This document shows, piece by piece, positions 1 to 19,633 of a DNA stretch of 64,000 bases. Location: assembly GCA_033442325.1 (NCBI GenBank), contig JAWQFM010000018.1:1175224-1239223 (forward strand), given 5' to 3'. Origin of the DNA: Salpingoeca rosetta (lineage: Eukaryota > Protista > Choanoflagellata). The notes below the pieces were generated by a model. The model did not search any database and was not told the DNA's origin. It worked only from the letters and a program-made list of their open reading frames with translations. The stretch's first letter is position 1. The number at the start of each line of letters is the position of its first letter. The translations under genes were made by a program, and so were the position numbers.

Positions 1-844
1 ATCAACTCGCAGCTCCTCGCTGCCGGCGTGTCCATCCCGGAGGACGACCTGCGCACCCTCGTCCGCAACGAACTCCCCGCAGAGTTTGATGTGGCGATGC
101 GGTTCATGGAGCGCGAGGACCCGCCGCCATCGCTGTCCAAGATGACGGCGGACCTCATCCAGGAGGAGCGCCGCCTGCATCGTCCCAAGAAGCGCACGCC
201 CGTGCTCGCCATCGGCGGGCCAAGCCCCGGCTCCTTCGCTGCATCGCCGATGCACGCTGGCACGTCGCCCTCCGACACGAGCGGTGGACCATGCTGTCCA
301 CCTGCAGAGCGCGTGACTTGCGCGTTCTGCAACTTCCGCGGCCACTGCGCGCAGCAGTGCCGCAAGCTGCAGGCGGCCAAGCGCTACCACGTCATCGACG
401 TGCGGCAGATCCTGGCTACGCTTCGCAACCACGGCAACGGCAACGGCAAGCGGCCAGGATCCTCTCGCCCGCAGCACGGACGAGCAGCTCCATTCAAGAA
501 GGCGGCCGTCGTCAGCCACGCGCCTCAGCGCGTGGAGACCTTCGCCATCCACCACGATGCCCTCATGCTGCAGCCCGAGGGCGAGGAGGAGGGCCACGCC
601 ATCGGACCAGTGCCACCACAGCTGTGGCTCGCTGACAGCGGTGCCACGGCGCACATCACCAGCGACGCCTCCCTCCTCACCAACTACGTCGCCGTCACGC
701 AGCACGTCACCGTTGCCAACAGCCAGACCGTCACGGTCATCGGCAAGGGCGACGCCGTGCTCCGCGTGACTGGCACAGACGGCGCTCCAGGCACCATCAC
801 GCTCAAGAACGTGCTGCATGTCCCCGACATCAAGTACAACCTTT
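1..844 (+). pseudogene. copia gag (zinc knuckle) and aspartic protease fragment
   Basis: ORF 28..1356 up to the gap contains CX2CX4HX4C, DSGA and the LKNVLHVPDIKYNL motif. Confidence 0.9.
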
Positions 845-1299
845 NNNNNNNNNNNNNNNNNNNNNNNNNNNNNNNNNNNNNNNNNNNNNNNNNNNNNNNN
901 NNNNNNNNNNNNNNNNNNNNNNNNNNNNNNNNNNNNNNNNNNNNNNNNNNNNNNNNNNNNNNNNNNNNNNNNNNNNNNNNNNNNNNNNNNNNNNNNNNNN
1001 NNNNNNNNNNNNNNNNNNNNNNNNNNNNNNNNNNNNNNNNNNNNNNNNNNNNNNNNNNNNNNNNNNNNNNNNNNNNNNNNNNNNNNNNNNNNNNNNNNNN
1101 NNNNNNNNNNNNNNNNNNNNNNNNNNNNNNNNNNNNNNNNNNNNNNNNNNNNNNNNNNNNNNNNNNNNNNNNNNNNNNNNNNNNNNNNNNNNNNNNNNNN
1201 NNNNNNNNNNNNNNNNNNNNNNNNNNNNNNNNNNNNNNNNNNNNNNNNNNNNNNNNNNNNNNNNNNNNNNNNNNNNNNNNNNNNNNNNNNNNNNNNNNN
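845..1299. other. Assembly gap (others at 38295-38505, 45350-45449 and 58173-58272)
   Basis: Runs of N. Confidence 1.
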
Positions 1300-1520
1300 C
1301 GACTGCAGGGGGAGTCGCAGCTCCAACCACGCGACCTTGGCAGGCTCCATCTGTGACCAGCTGCTGGTGTCCGAGACCCTCGGCGACAAGGGACACCTCT
1401 GGTGGGCTCAACCCACCTCGTGTCACGTTGCCACCAGCGCTGCTGGCACGGGGGAGAAGACATCAAACAGTGGGTGGTCATCTACCAGACATCGCTGCTG
1501 GCAGTGCTGTCACGTCAGCT

Positions 1521-3734
1521 GAGCCAGCCACCGTCAAGGAGAGCGCTTGCCTCGCCAGACTCTGAGGAGTGGCGCCAAGCCATCCTGTGTTGAGAGTCAG
1601 TGAGTTTCTGTTTTGTGTTGAGTCCTTCCTAATTTGCCTTCTCATGTGGTTTTGTCTTGTTTGCCAACAACACCTGCTTTGTGGTTTTTCCGTTGGCAAA
1701 CATTCCTTCCTCTCTGCTGGCATGCATGTGTGCCAACTGCCTCTTCTCTCCTCCTCCTTCCCCTGCACACGTGAGTTGTGTGCCATGTGTGTGTGTGTGT
1801 GTGCATGCCCGTCATGCTTGGCAAATGCTATGCCTGCGTGCCATGTAGTGTTGTGAAGTGTTGTCTGTTGTGCATGCTTGCCTGCAAGCATTCATGCCAT
1901 GCCTAGCATTGCTCTGCGCGCATGTATGCATGCTGCTCATTGTTTAGATTGTTTGTGTTCGTGCACACTCTGCCCATGTCGCCTTGACAGCGTCATTGAC
2001 TGTGTGTGCACTTGTCTAGTGTTTGTTTGAGCGTGCTGCCCGAGTTGATTTGGCAGCAGCTTGTTGTGCTTGTTCATTCTCCTTGTGTTCTTGTTTGTTG
2101 CGTTTGCCTACAGTAAACACACACACCACCTGTCGTGTTTCTACATCCTGGACGAGTTTGCGGCAATGCAGGCCAATGACGTCTACGACGTCGTGCCTCG
2201 CGCTGACCTTCCCAAGGGCCACAAGCTTCTCCGCAGCATGGTCATCTTTCGGAGGAAGCGCGATGACCAGGGCAAGGTGATCAAGTACAAGGCGCGCTGG
2301 GTTGCCAAGGGCTACTCCCAGGTCCACGGTGTCAACTACACGGACACCTTTGCCCCGACGGCTACCATCGCAGCCATCCGCACCATGCTCGCCATGGCCG
2401 TCGCGCGTGGCATGGACATCCAGCAGATGGACGTCAACACGGCGTTCCTCAACGCGCCCGTGGATCACGAGATCTACGTCCAGCCACCGGCCGTCGACGG
2501 CATCTTCTCGCCGAATACGGTCCTGCGCCTCAAGCGCGGGCTGTATGGGCTGAAGCAGAGCCCGCGCCTGTGGAACCACACGCTGGACGCCTGGATGCGC
2601 GAGCAGGACTTCGTTGCCACAGCCACGGACGCCTGCATCTACCGCCGCACCTGCAAGGGTGGCAAGGTGATGTGGGTTGCCGTCTACGTGGACGACCTCC
2701 TCATCTTCGCCGACAGCGACAGCGACATGGCCGCGTTCAAGAAGGCCATCTCCAAGCGCTTCAAGATGAAGGACCTGGGCAGCCCAGACATTTGTCTCGG
2801 CATCAAGGTGCAGCACGACCGCAAGGCCAGGACCGTCACCATGAGCCAGGAGCACTACCTGCGCAACGTGCTGGAGACCTTCGGCATGGCTGACTGCAAG
2901 CCCGTCGGCACGCCGCTCTGCACGGGCTACGTCGACAAGCCAGCCGACAAGGAGGAGCCACTGCCGGACGTGCCGTTCCGCGAGCTGCTTGGCTCCCTCC
3001 TCTATGCTGCGACGATGACGCGCCCAGACATCTCGGCAGCTGTCTCCATCCTGTCTCGCCGCATGCAGCACTTCGGCATGGACCACTGGAAGGCTGCCAA
3101 GCACCTTCTTCGCTACATCAAGGGCACCTTGTCCTACACCATCAAGTACGCCGCCACTGGCGACGCCAGCAACGGCAGCACTGCCGACGGCGTGCTCTCA
3201 GCGTACTCGGATGCGTCCTTTGCCTCCGACGTTGACACGCGACGTTCCCGCACGGGCTTCGTCGTCTTCTGTTCCACGGGCCCCGTGTCCTGGAACTCCA
3301 AGCTGCAGGCCACCGTGGCCACAGCCTCCGCCGACGCGGAGTACATGGCTCTCGCAGCCACCGCACAGGAACTCATGTTCCTTCGCCAACTCCAGGAGGA
3401 GCTCACCGGTGCCGTCCTGTGCGAGCCCACGCTCGTCCACACGGACAACCAGCCGGCGCAGCGCGTTGCCGAACACGCCGCCTCGCGCATGCGGCACATC
3501 CTCGTCAAGTACCACTACATCCGCGAGTGCGTCGACACCAAGAGGATTGTGCTGAGCTACCTCGCCACGGAGCACATGATCGCAGATCTCCTCACGAAGA
3601 TCCTCCCTCGGCCCAAGACGGCTCAGTTCTGCACGATGCTGTTCGACCAGCGTCCTCTGCCAGGCTGCCAGCCACGGGCCCGTCCTCATTCGGGCCGGTC
3701 GCCACGTCCTTCGACTCCGCGTCAGGACCTCTGA
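1521..3734 (+). pseudogene. copia reverse transcriptase / RNase H, interrupted
   Basis: Reads EPATVKE / (+1 base at ~1542) / ALASPDSEEWRQAIL / insertion 1588-2145 / DEFAAMQANDVYDVV... to the stop at 3734. Confidence 0.92.
1588..2145. mobile_element. Solo LTR (558 bp) of a different family nested in copia pol
   Basis: Starts TGTTGAGAG, ends TTTCTACA, and is flanked by the direct repeat tcctg (1583-1587 and 2146-2150). Removing it restores the RT reading frame AIL-DEFAAM. Confidence 0.9.
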
Positions 3735-3956
3735 GTGGCCGCGCACCACAGGACACGCCTTCACTCGGGCCAGCCTTCCACAACAGGCTGCGCACCACAG
3801 GCACCAACCATTTTCTTAAACGTGTTCCACAACACACGTCCTTACTCGCATCTCACCTACATCTGCCCATGCCATTCCTACATGCATGACATCATCCACA
3901 TGCTCATCACGTTTCAGAACATCAACGCAGCAGAGAGGTAGGTCAATGCGGGGGAG

Positions 3957-4397
3957 TGTTGACAGGCAAGTCCTGTCTGCTGAGTCATCATTGACCTCCC
4001 TTCTTCACGACACCACAAATTTACATTCACCTCTCTTGTGTTCTGGAATGTTCACGTGATTTCCCTCCAACCTGTTGCACGTGCAGTGTTTAGCTTGTGT
4101 GGTTGCTCGATGTTACATGCTCTTGCATAACACACCACATAACCACACAACTCTCAACAAACACTGCCACGTCACCACTTTGCGTTGTCGACAATTCTTG
4201 TCTTCTGCTCTGTTTCTTTCTGTTGGAGTGTTCATTCATCCTACATCCTTGTTTGCTTCACAACTCAAGTAAACACACACAACTTCCTCTTGCCAAGACA
4301 ATCTCCCACACAACACACAGCATACTCTGCACACACAGCACACACACACACACACACAAGTCTCCAACAACAGCACCACCACCATGAACTTACAACA
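3957..4397 (+). repeat. 3' LTR of the copia element (LTR copy 1)
   Basis: TGTTGAC start immediately after the PPT; near-identical to 4467-4998. The end at ...TTACAACA is approximate. Confidence 0.85.
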
Positions 4398-4466
4398 ACC
4401 AGACCCGACACGAGGTTTGCGTGCGGGCTGCTGTGCAGGTACATGGACCGTTACACGACGGTCCAC

Positions 4467-4998
4467 TGTTGACAGGCAAGTCCTGTCTGCTGAGTCATAT
4501 CATTGACCTCCCTCCTTCACGACACCACAAATTTGCACTCACCTCTCTTGTGTTCTGGAACGTTCACGTGATTTCCCTCCAACCTGTTGCACGTGCAGTG
4601 TTTAGCTTGTGTGGTTGCTCGATGTTACATGCTCTTGCATAACACACCACATAACCACACAACTCTCAACAAACACTGCCACGTCACCACTTTGCGTTGT
4701 CGACAATTCTTGTCTTCTGCTCTGTTTCTTTCTGTTGGAGTGTTCATTCATCCTACATCCTTGTTTGCTTCACAACTCAAGTAAACACACACAACTTTCT
4801 TTTGCCAAGCCAATCTCCCACACAACACACAGCACATCCTGCACATCCTGCACATCCTGCACACCCTGCATACCCTGCACACCCTGCACACCCTGCACAC
4901 CCTGCACACCCTGCACACCCTGCACACACTGCACATACACACACACACACAAGTCTCCAACAACAGCACCACCCTACCACCAGCATGAATGTTCAACA
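4467..4998 (+). repeat. Second LTR copy, tandem, with internal 9-bp repeat expansion
   Basis: TGTTGA...TCAACA termini, near-identical to LTR copy 1, with about 11 copies of gcacaYcct at 4832-4930. Confidence 0.85.
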
Positions 4999-5289
4999 CT
5001 GGTCTGTGGGGTGGCTGCCGTTGTACTTGCACACAGCTCGCAAACGGGTCATGCCGAAGAGAAGCCACTACCTTGGTGTCTCTGGCGGCCATGCGTGAAG
5101 GCTGCTCGACGTACTGCTCGACAACTTGTTCTTCCACGTCGCTGGCATCGTCCGACGAGGTTTCTTGATCTTGATTCTTGCGGGACATCGTGGTCTGCAG
5201 AACGTGGCTGACAAGCGCTGCCAACATGAGTTGCAATTTCACAGAAGGTCTAAAACTCAGGCATCGGCCTATTTATAATACAGTCCACA

Positions 5290-5724
5290 ATGGATGACTT
5301 GCCTTCCATTGTGGGTGTGAGTGCGCGATTGGTGCGCGAGGTGGTGGCCGAGGTGCAGCGGGCGTTCCCCGACACGTATCGCAAAGTGTCGACGCGCGAG
5401 GTCTGTGCTCGTGTGGTACTGCCATGGACTCGCGCGCGAGCGTGTGCCCTTGTTGACCTGTATGACGACAAGGGACAGGAGTATGTGGGGCAGGCTAACG
5501 TGTTTGTGTCGCACGGCTGGGACTGCTGCGCCATGGACGTGCTCGACACAATGCTCGACTTTGCCTCCAACGAGCAAACTCAGCAAGACACTGCGCGTCC
5601 CATCTACTTTTGGCTGGATATCTTGGTTTGCAACCAACATGTATCATCGCCGGATTCGAGGGCATGGTATGTGTGTGTGTGTGTGTGCGTGTGCGTGTGC
5701 GTGTTCGCATGCTTGTGCGCATGT

Positions 5725-5770
<46 letters not shown>

Positions 5771-7794
5771 ACGCTTGTGCATGTACATGTGTGTGTGTGT
5801 GTGTGTGTACTGATGAGGTCTCAAACAATTTGCTGGTCTTGAAGAAGATGCGCACTCAGAGTCAACTGCTCCTGCTCGAGCCCGTATGCTGCTATTCTCA
5901 CTCTTCACGCACTTCCCTTCCGCATCACCAATACCCCGTGCTTGCTAGGTGGGGCTCCACCCTGGAGAAAACAATTGGCGAGATTGGCCAAGTACTTCTG
6001 GTGCTGAGTCCGTGGCATGATCCTGTCCCGCTGACGCGTACATGGTGCTTGTGGGAGGTGTTTTGTTGCCTGATGCACGAGAGCGCAGCACTTTCCATTC
6101 GGGTTCCCAGCACGCAGCGATCTGCGTTGAGGAACGCTATCGTGCGCGACTACCAGGCGATCATGGACACCCTGGTGCATGTGCGTGTGGAAAACGCCAC
6201 TGCATCTCGGCCCTTGGATCAGGAGGTGATATGGGAGGCAATTGAGCAGCAGGGCAACGGCGGTTTTGCACGGCTCAACAAGACAGTGAAAGACGAGATG
6301 CGTGCATGGTGCTTGCGCCAAGTGGAGCAGTTCGTGACGGAGATGGAGGCGGAGGCAACCGAGCCAACTGACACCTTCGTGGAGCTGTGCAGACAAGCGA
6401 GCTTGGTGATGTGGAGGTTCTATGAGCATGACAAGGCCACCCGCTTTGGTGAACTGGCTCTGGCGAGCGCCATTCGGCTATTTGGACCGAGACACGAGCG
6501 AGTGGCGGATGTGTGCCACGACCTCGGCCTCATCCACAACAGCAAGCAGGACCACCAAGGCGCCATATCGTACTTTGAGCGGGAGCTTGGCATGTCCAGG
6601 AACCTGAGGAATCGCAAGTCGCGCACGTCCGAGGCAACGACGCTTGGGTGCCTTGGTCAGGCATATGTGGGCCTGGGCCAGTATGACCGCGCGATTGAAC
6701 TGCACAAGAAGGCCCTTCGCATCAAGGTGGCAGAGCTGGGCCAGCTACACGAGCTCACGGCCATCTCATACCATGACCTCGGTGAAGTGCACAAGCGGAT
6801 GGGGGAGCACCACGAGGCGGTGGCGTGTTTCGAACAGGCGCTGCAAGGAAAACTGGCGGCGCGAGGAGAGAGGCATCCGCAGACTGCCGTGACACTGGGG
6901 GCCTTGGGTAAGGCCTACACTGCCATCGGACAATACGCCCGAGCTGTGGAGTACTTGGAGCAGGCGTTGCGCATTGAAGAGGAGACGCTTGGCGAGGAGC
7001 ACCTGTCCACTGGAGTCACGTACCATGCTCTTGGTGCGGCATGTCTTCACGTTGGCGACTACGCCCGTGCTGTTGAGTACAACCAGAAGTCCCTTCACGT
7101 GCAGTTGCTGAAGCTGCCGGAGAACCACTCGTCCTTGCCCTGGTCGTACAACAACATGGGGCTGGCTTACTTGTGGGGAGGCAGATATGATGAGGCGCTC
7201 ACGTGTTTGAAGCGTGCCCTCAACCTGTCGACTTCAGCTGCGCCTACCGCAGACGTTGCCACCACCCACCACAATATCGGCTTCTTGTACCACCAGCTTC
7301 AGCGACCGCACAAAGCTGTGCCGTACTTTGAACGTGCCATCGAGATCCGGCGTGAGGTACAAGGGGCGCAGCACGTGGACTTGGCAAACACGTACAGCCG
7401 ATACGCTGCCGTGCTGCTGTCGCTGGGTGAGAGTGATCGGGCTATTGCCATGTGCGAGGATGCGGTGAAGATGTGTCTTTGCTCGGTTGGGGAGACGCAT
7501 CTTGCGACGGCGGTGGCCTACGGCAGTATTGGTGACGCGTACAGCTGCATTGATGAGCATGCGACGGCACTGGCGTATTTGCGGAAGGCGATTGAGCTGA
7601 AAGAACAGCTTCTGGACAAGAGCCACCCCCGCACTGCCCTAGCGTACATGAGCCTTGGCGTGGCGTACGCTCGATGTGGCCACTGTGATGCTGGTCGCCC
7701 TCTCCTGGAGAAAGCCGTTGCAATTCTTGTGGCACGTCTCGGCGAGGAGCATCCACACACGCAGCGTGTGCAGCAACAGCTAGCGACCTTGTAG
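5290..7794 (+). CDS. TPR-repeat protein (kinesin light chain / nephrocystin-3-type TPRs, N-terminal FVSHxW...WLDI domain); 2 exons
   Basis: About 10 tandem ~42-aa TPRs (HPxTAxxY..LG..Y...G.Y..A..Y..KAL). GT-AG intron at 5667-5948 contains (GT)n. Confidence 0.88.
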
Positions 7795-8213
7795 TCCACG
7801 GCACTCGCTGCGTGCGTATGTTCGTGCGTGACTTTGTGTGCGTGTGTGTGAATGTGTGTGTGTGTGGGGTTTTTTGTGGGCTCAACGTCGTGTCTCTGTC
7901 GATCATACAGACTGTTCATACTTTTCCAAACTCGTTTGCATTGGTTCATTAACGATCCACCTGGTTGAGGCAGGGGGGGGGGAGAGAGGGAAGCTTTCAT
8001 AAAATAGACCATTGGCTAACAAACAAAGAAAGGTGACGTGACACCAAACAAGCAGAGTGACAACCCAAGGAGCTCTTCCTGATCACATGCATTAGTCGGT
8101 GAGATGGTAGGTAACATAACACGGGGGGGGGTTTCACATCTGTTGATGAATACACAGACACGCTCGCATAAGCAAAGGGGGATGAAAGAACAAGGCAGCC
8201 TGACGAGACAGGA

Positions 8214-14497
<6,284 letters not shown>

Positions 14498-14774
14498 GGT
14501 CTTTGGTGGCTTGTCACACCGAAAGCTGGAAGAGACCACCATCCTTGCGCGTGTGCGGTGGGAACGGAGCACCCCACGCCTTGATATTTGAGCACCTTGG
14601 TGTTGGCTTGCGTGAGATAGCGGAAGAGGAGAAGAGGAGAAGAGGGGAAGGCGCACCGTCCACTTAAACAAACAGGAGAGGACAGGAACAGAGGGGAAAT
14701 GCTGCACAGGGTCACGCTGAGCGGCCTGGGAACCAAGGCACAGGCAGCCAACAGAAGTGACCTAGCGTGTGTGC

Positions 14775-14821
<47 letters not shown>

Positions 14822-14899
14822 CTTGTGTGTGTGTGTGTGTGATGTGCGTGAGTGTGTGTGTGTGTGTGTTTACGTGTTGACGTGTGACAATGGTGGGGT

Positions 14900-15325
14900 A
14901 GGTTCGCCTTCCGTTCTCCGGGTGCGACTGCGCAATCGGAAGTCATCTTCACACATGACCGTTAGTGGTTGGCCCAAAGTCGTGTTTGTTGACACTGCCT
15001 CGCACCAAACTTTCACATGAACGCGCTTGAACATAGCGATGACGCGACGTGCGAAATTTATTATGACATCATCACAATGGAAGAAAAAGAGAAGAGAAGA
15101 AGGCCAGAGAAACAAACACGCACATCACATCACGCGCACGATGCAAGAAGGCTGCCCTGCACCCTAATGATACGTGTACGTGTGTGTCGATTGCTGATGT
15201 GAGCGTTGAATCATGAAACAATGGACGAATGCACGCGCAAGCAGAAGCAAGCAAGCAAGCAGGCACAGACGGGCGCATGGACGGACAATCGCTTATGCTC
15301 GCAACACACACACACACACGCACAC

Positions 15326-15367
<42 letters not shown>

Positions 15368-18044
15368 GCACACGCACACACACACTTGCGCACGTATATT
15401 TGCTTTGACGGGCGTCTGAGCGCAAGTAGTGCGTGGAGAACATCCACCATGTCATGTTCACTTGCAGCTTGCATTTCCAGTTCAAACTACAACGCAAGCA
15501 AGCAAAGAGCCACCGAGACATTTACACAAATACACCAGCAGTGTGAGCGCCAGCATGCAGACCAAGGAAAGCAAGCATTAACATGCAGGTACGCATGCAC
15601 GTGCACGTGCACGTGCGCGTGTGTTTGCGCTTACGATGGCGTCGTCATCGGGGATCGGAGCGCCAAGCTGCAGCAACCGCCACGCCAGCGAGCCAAGGCC
15701 GGCTCGACACGCCCTGAAAAGGGCATCCGCGTGTTTCTTTCATGCAGCAAGAAGCAGGAAACCACATGAGGAAAACAGCAGGCATGGGACGGTCACACAC
15801 ACATACACTTCATACACACACACCACACGCATACACACATACACATACAAGAACTTACCGGTTGCGGTTCAAAGGATATCGCGGCACCGTGGTCGAGGAG
15901 CGTGTGGGCAATGGCTTCTTGCTTCTGGGCAATTGCAAGCGCAAGTGCATCCATCTGCGGGCGACTGCTCAGCTGTCAAGCGAATTGCATCCAATGCGCC
16001 ACAGCACATAGTTGAGATACAGGCGACTCATGCACACACTCGCAGACACAGACAGGCAGGCAGACACAGGCTCAACACAGCAACCAACCTTTGCTTGAGA
16101 CACCAGGAGAGAAGCATCTGCGCTCATGTCGGTCAGCAGCCACTGAACCTTGGCCAAGTCATGCGCAGCAATGGCAGCATGCAATGCAGTTTTGCCCTAT
16201 CAACCGCACACACACACACACACATTTGCATGCACGAGGAGCATGATGCAGTTCATCGACAATTGTGTTGGTCACCCACGATGGACAGGTGTGGACGAGG
16301 GCAGATGTAGACAAGCACGGGAGCAAATGCATCAACACACTCACATGCACCCGTTCACACTCACACGCACATACACACATGTTCACAAATTCATGTTCAC
16401 AAACACAAACACACACACACACATTTTCACAAACACAAACACACAGGCTCACACTCACACGCACATACACATACACGCACGAACACACGTATACGCACAC
16501 ACGTACCTTGACGGTAATGTTCACATTGATGGCTTTGTCTGCAAACCAGCGTACTGCTTCCAGCGTTCCATGTGTGCAAACGTGGTGGAACGCATACGAC
16601 TGTAGCAATTGCAAGCAACGATGAGGTATGGGGTAAAGCACACCCTGAAATCACGACAATCACCAGCACCAGGTTTCGATGCGGTCGCAAACCTCCGCTC
16701 GCTCACCCCTTGTCTTGGGTCGGTCTTCAAGAGCTTCTCTGCTCTCCATAGGTCCCCTTTCATCACTGCCTTTGCAAGTCTGTTTGTCTGATGAGCGGGT
16801 GTGGGTGTCCCAGTGAGGCCTGGACCTCTCCCAGTCGCAGGAAAAAAAACAAAAACAAACAACGCCAAGGAATGAGCAGACACAGACGCATTCAAGCCGA
16901 CGCACATATTTACACGGTGTGCGAAGCAACTAGGACTCACTGCTGCGTAGAATGCGTTCACGGTCCGTTTCCATTTGCCCTTCATGTCCAGCACACTTTG
17001 CTGTGGAGGATGAAAGGCAAATACGATGTGGTGGAATGTAAGGTAGCACAGAGACAGACACAAACAGATAAGACAGACAGGCAGGCAGGTAGGCAGGTAG
17101 GCAGGCAGGCAGGCAGGCAGACACACACACATACACACATACACACACACATACACACACACACACGTGCACTTTGAGGTCATATGAGTTGATAGGCTGC
17201 TTGGGGCCGATTGATTGCATGGGTCACATTTCACAGCAGCTCACGTTGTTTGCCTTGAGGTGCAAGTCTGCACCGTGTTGGAGCAAGGTGTCGATAATTT
17301 CTCGAATGGAGGGGTGTTGGCCTTGCACACAGCACAGATACAGCGGCGTTCGTCCCTGGCGAGTGACGCAAGTGGTGAGATGGTCGTGCCGCCAGTGAAC
17401 GTGAGGGCGGAAGCACGCAGGTATGTTGTCGGTGACATGGCAACGCGCGAGAAGGTGTCATGCTCTGTTGCGATGATACAGACAGGGAGGGAGCGGAAGC
17501 GGCTAGTAAACACACAACACACACACACACACAAACACACACAGGCACACAGAGACAAAGCGACACACAGACACAGGCACAGACACAGACACACACACAC
17601 ACACAGATACAGACACACACAGACACACAGACACACACGGAGGTGTTCTCACCACGCTGTCGCGCGCGTTGACGTCTGCGCCCGATTGAAGCAGCAGTTT
17701 CGACATGGCGGCGTTCCGATTGCAGACAGCAAGGTGCAGCGGAGTCATGTGCTGTGGTGTGCAATCCAGGGAAGAAGAGCAACCACGCAACAAGCGTGAG
17801 AGATGCTCCACAGCGCGCAGGCGTCCAAGCAAGCACATGCACGTGCGCAAGCATTGAACTTGTGCCGGGGACAGGACGCCAGACAGTTGCACATCAGAAC
17901 ATGCAGCGCACCCGCTTGGACCCGATGGTATCCATCTGCACGCCGAGCCTGGCCAGAGCAGTGCGGGCACGGTGAGAGCCGCCGTCGCCAGCCCAGCCAG
18001 GCTGATGCGAGAAGAGTCCGGCCATGGGTAGCAGCGTAAGGGTA

Positions 18045-18131
<87 letters not shown>

Positions 18132-18851
18132 TGAGTGAGTGAATACAACGACGAGGCAGTATGCATACAGGTAAGCAGCCAGGCAAGCAAGCAAGCAGTG
18201 CTTTTGCGCGCACGCACCACGTCAAGGGTACAGTTTACATCTGCACCATGTGTGAGCAGTGTTCGGGTCAGATCAGAGTTGTTGGCATTGACGGCACAGT
18301 GTAGTGCCGTCCACCCCTCGCATGCACCCTGCAAACAAAGCACAAGGTACACCATGCGTATACATGTACAATCAACACGCAGACACACACAACATGGGTG
18401 AATCGGCACACGGGTCAGGATAGGAAAGAGCCAAGCAGAGGGGGCACATGACGAAGTAAGGAGACAAGTGATAGAGAGAGACGCGCAGACAACTTGTCAT
18501 GCATGCGCACTTACTCATACACACAGATACAGACACACAGAGGCACACACACACACACAGACACACAGACAGACACAGAGACAGACACAGACACACAGAC
18601 AGACACAGACACAGACACAGAGGCACACACCGAGGCACACAGACAGACACAGAAAGACCTGGCGCGCAACGGCGTCAATGTTCACGCCTGCAGAGAGCAG
18701 CTGGTCGACAATGTCGGTGCCTCCACGATAACACGCTGTCGGCAACACGTCTTCCGCCTGGAGTATGCCGTGTGGCGGAAGAAGTGAGTTTCGACACGAG
18801 GGAGCATGGTTCACATGCGCAGGTCACTGAGAAGAGCATTAAGCATTAAAG

Positions 18852-18929
<78 letters not shown>

Positions 18930-19633
18930 GCACACACACGCACGCAACATCAGTGCTCTGTACGCACCAACGTCTGCGCGAGGGAGATGTGCTGGAACGG
19001 GGACCGGGCTGTCACGGCGCCGTCCATGTCGTATGTGTCTGTCTCCTTGCCCAATTCAGCCGTCACCTATGTGTTTGCCGCAGATCAGCAGTTATTGAAC
19101 ACAGGCATCGAACACAGGGAAGCAAACAAGGAAGCAAAGAAGGAACGATGATGAGCAAGCGGCGCCGGTCGTTCTGGCTTGAAGGCAGCTGCGCTCCACC
19201 CATCGACGCAGGCCAAGCAGAGGGGGCACATGACGAAGTAAGGAGACAAGTGATAGAGAGAGACGCGCAGACAACTTGTCATGCATGCGCACTTACTCAT
19301 ACACACAGATACAGACACACAGAGGCACACACACACACACAGACACACAGACAGACACAGAGACAGACACAGACACACAGACAGACACAGACACAGACAC
19401 AGAGGCACACACCGAGGCACACAGACAGACACAGAAAGACCTGGCGCGCAACGGCGTCAATGTTCACGCCTGCAGAGAGCAGCTGGTCGACAATGTCGGT
19501 GCCTCCACGATAACACGCTGTCGGCAACACGTCTTCCGCCTGGAGTATGCCGTGTGGCGGAAGAAGTGAGTTTCGACACGAGGGAGCATGGTTCACATGC
19601 GCAGGTCACTGAGAAGAGCATTAAGCATTAAAG

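Larger units (their letters stand above)
1..4397 (+). mobile_element. Ty1/copia LTR retrotransposon (5' end outside the window), disabled by a frameshift and a nested solo LTR
   Basis: Gag zinc knuckle CAFCNFRGHCAQQC and copia protease WLADSGATAHIT lie in 1-844. RT (KARWVAKGYSQ, QMDVNTAFLN, LYGLKQSPRLW, YVDDLL) and RNase H (YSDASFA, ADAEYMAL, TDNQ, IADLLTK) lie in 2146-3734. PPT gcgggggag at 3948-3956 is followed directly by an LTR starting TGTTGA at 3957. Integrase is not visible (gap 845-1299). Confidence 0.95.

Noticed and set aside
845-1520. Integrase-less copia element
   Set aside because: Integrase would fall in the N gap, whose length is only an estimate, so it cannot be judged.
2016-3104. 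Long antisense ORFs (also 38204-39253, 39293-40222, 42780-43970, 30837-31742)
   Set aside because: They are shadows of GC3-rich coding sequence on the other strand and show no recognisable motifs.
4832-4930. CRISPR-like or metallothionein-like (CTP)n repeat
   Set aside because: It is a spacerless 9-bp minisatellite inside an LTR, and there are no cas genes.
5667-5948. Cys/Val-rich insert in the 834-aa TPR ORF
   Set aside because: It is a 282-nt GT-AG intron that happens to be in frame and stop-free.
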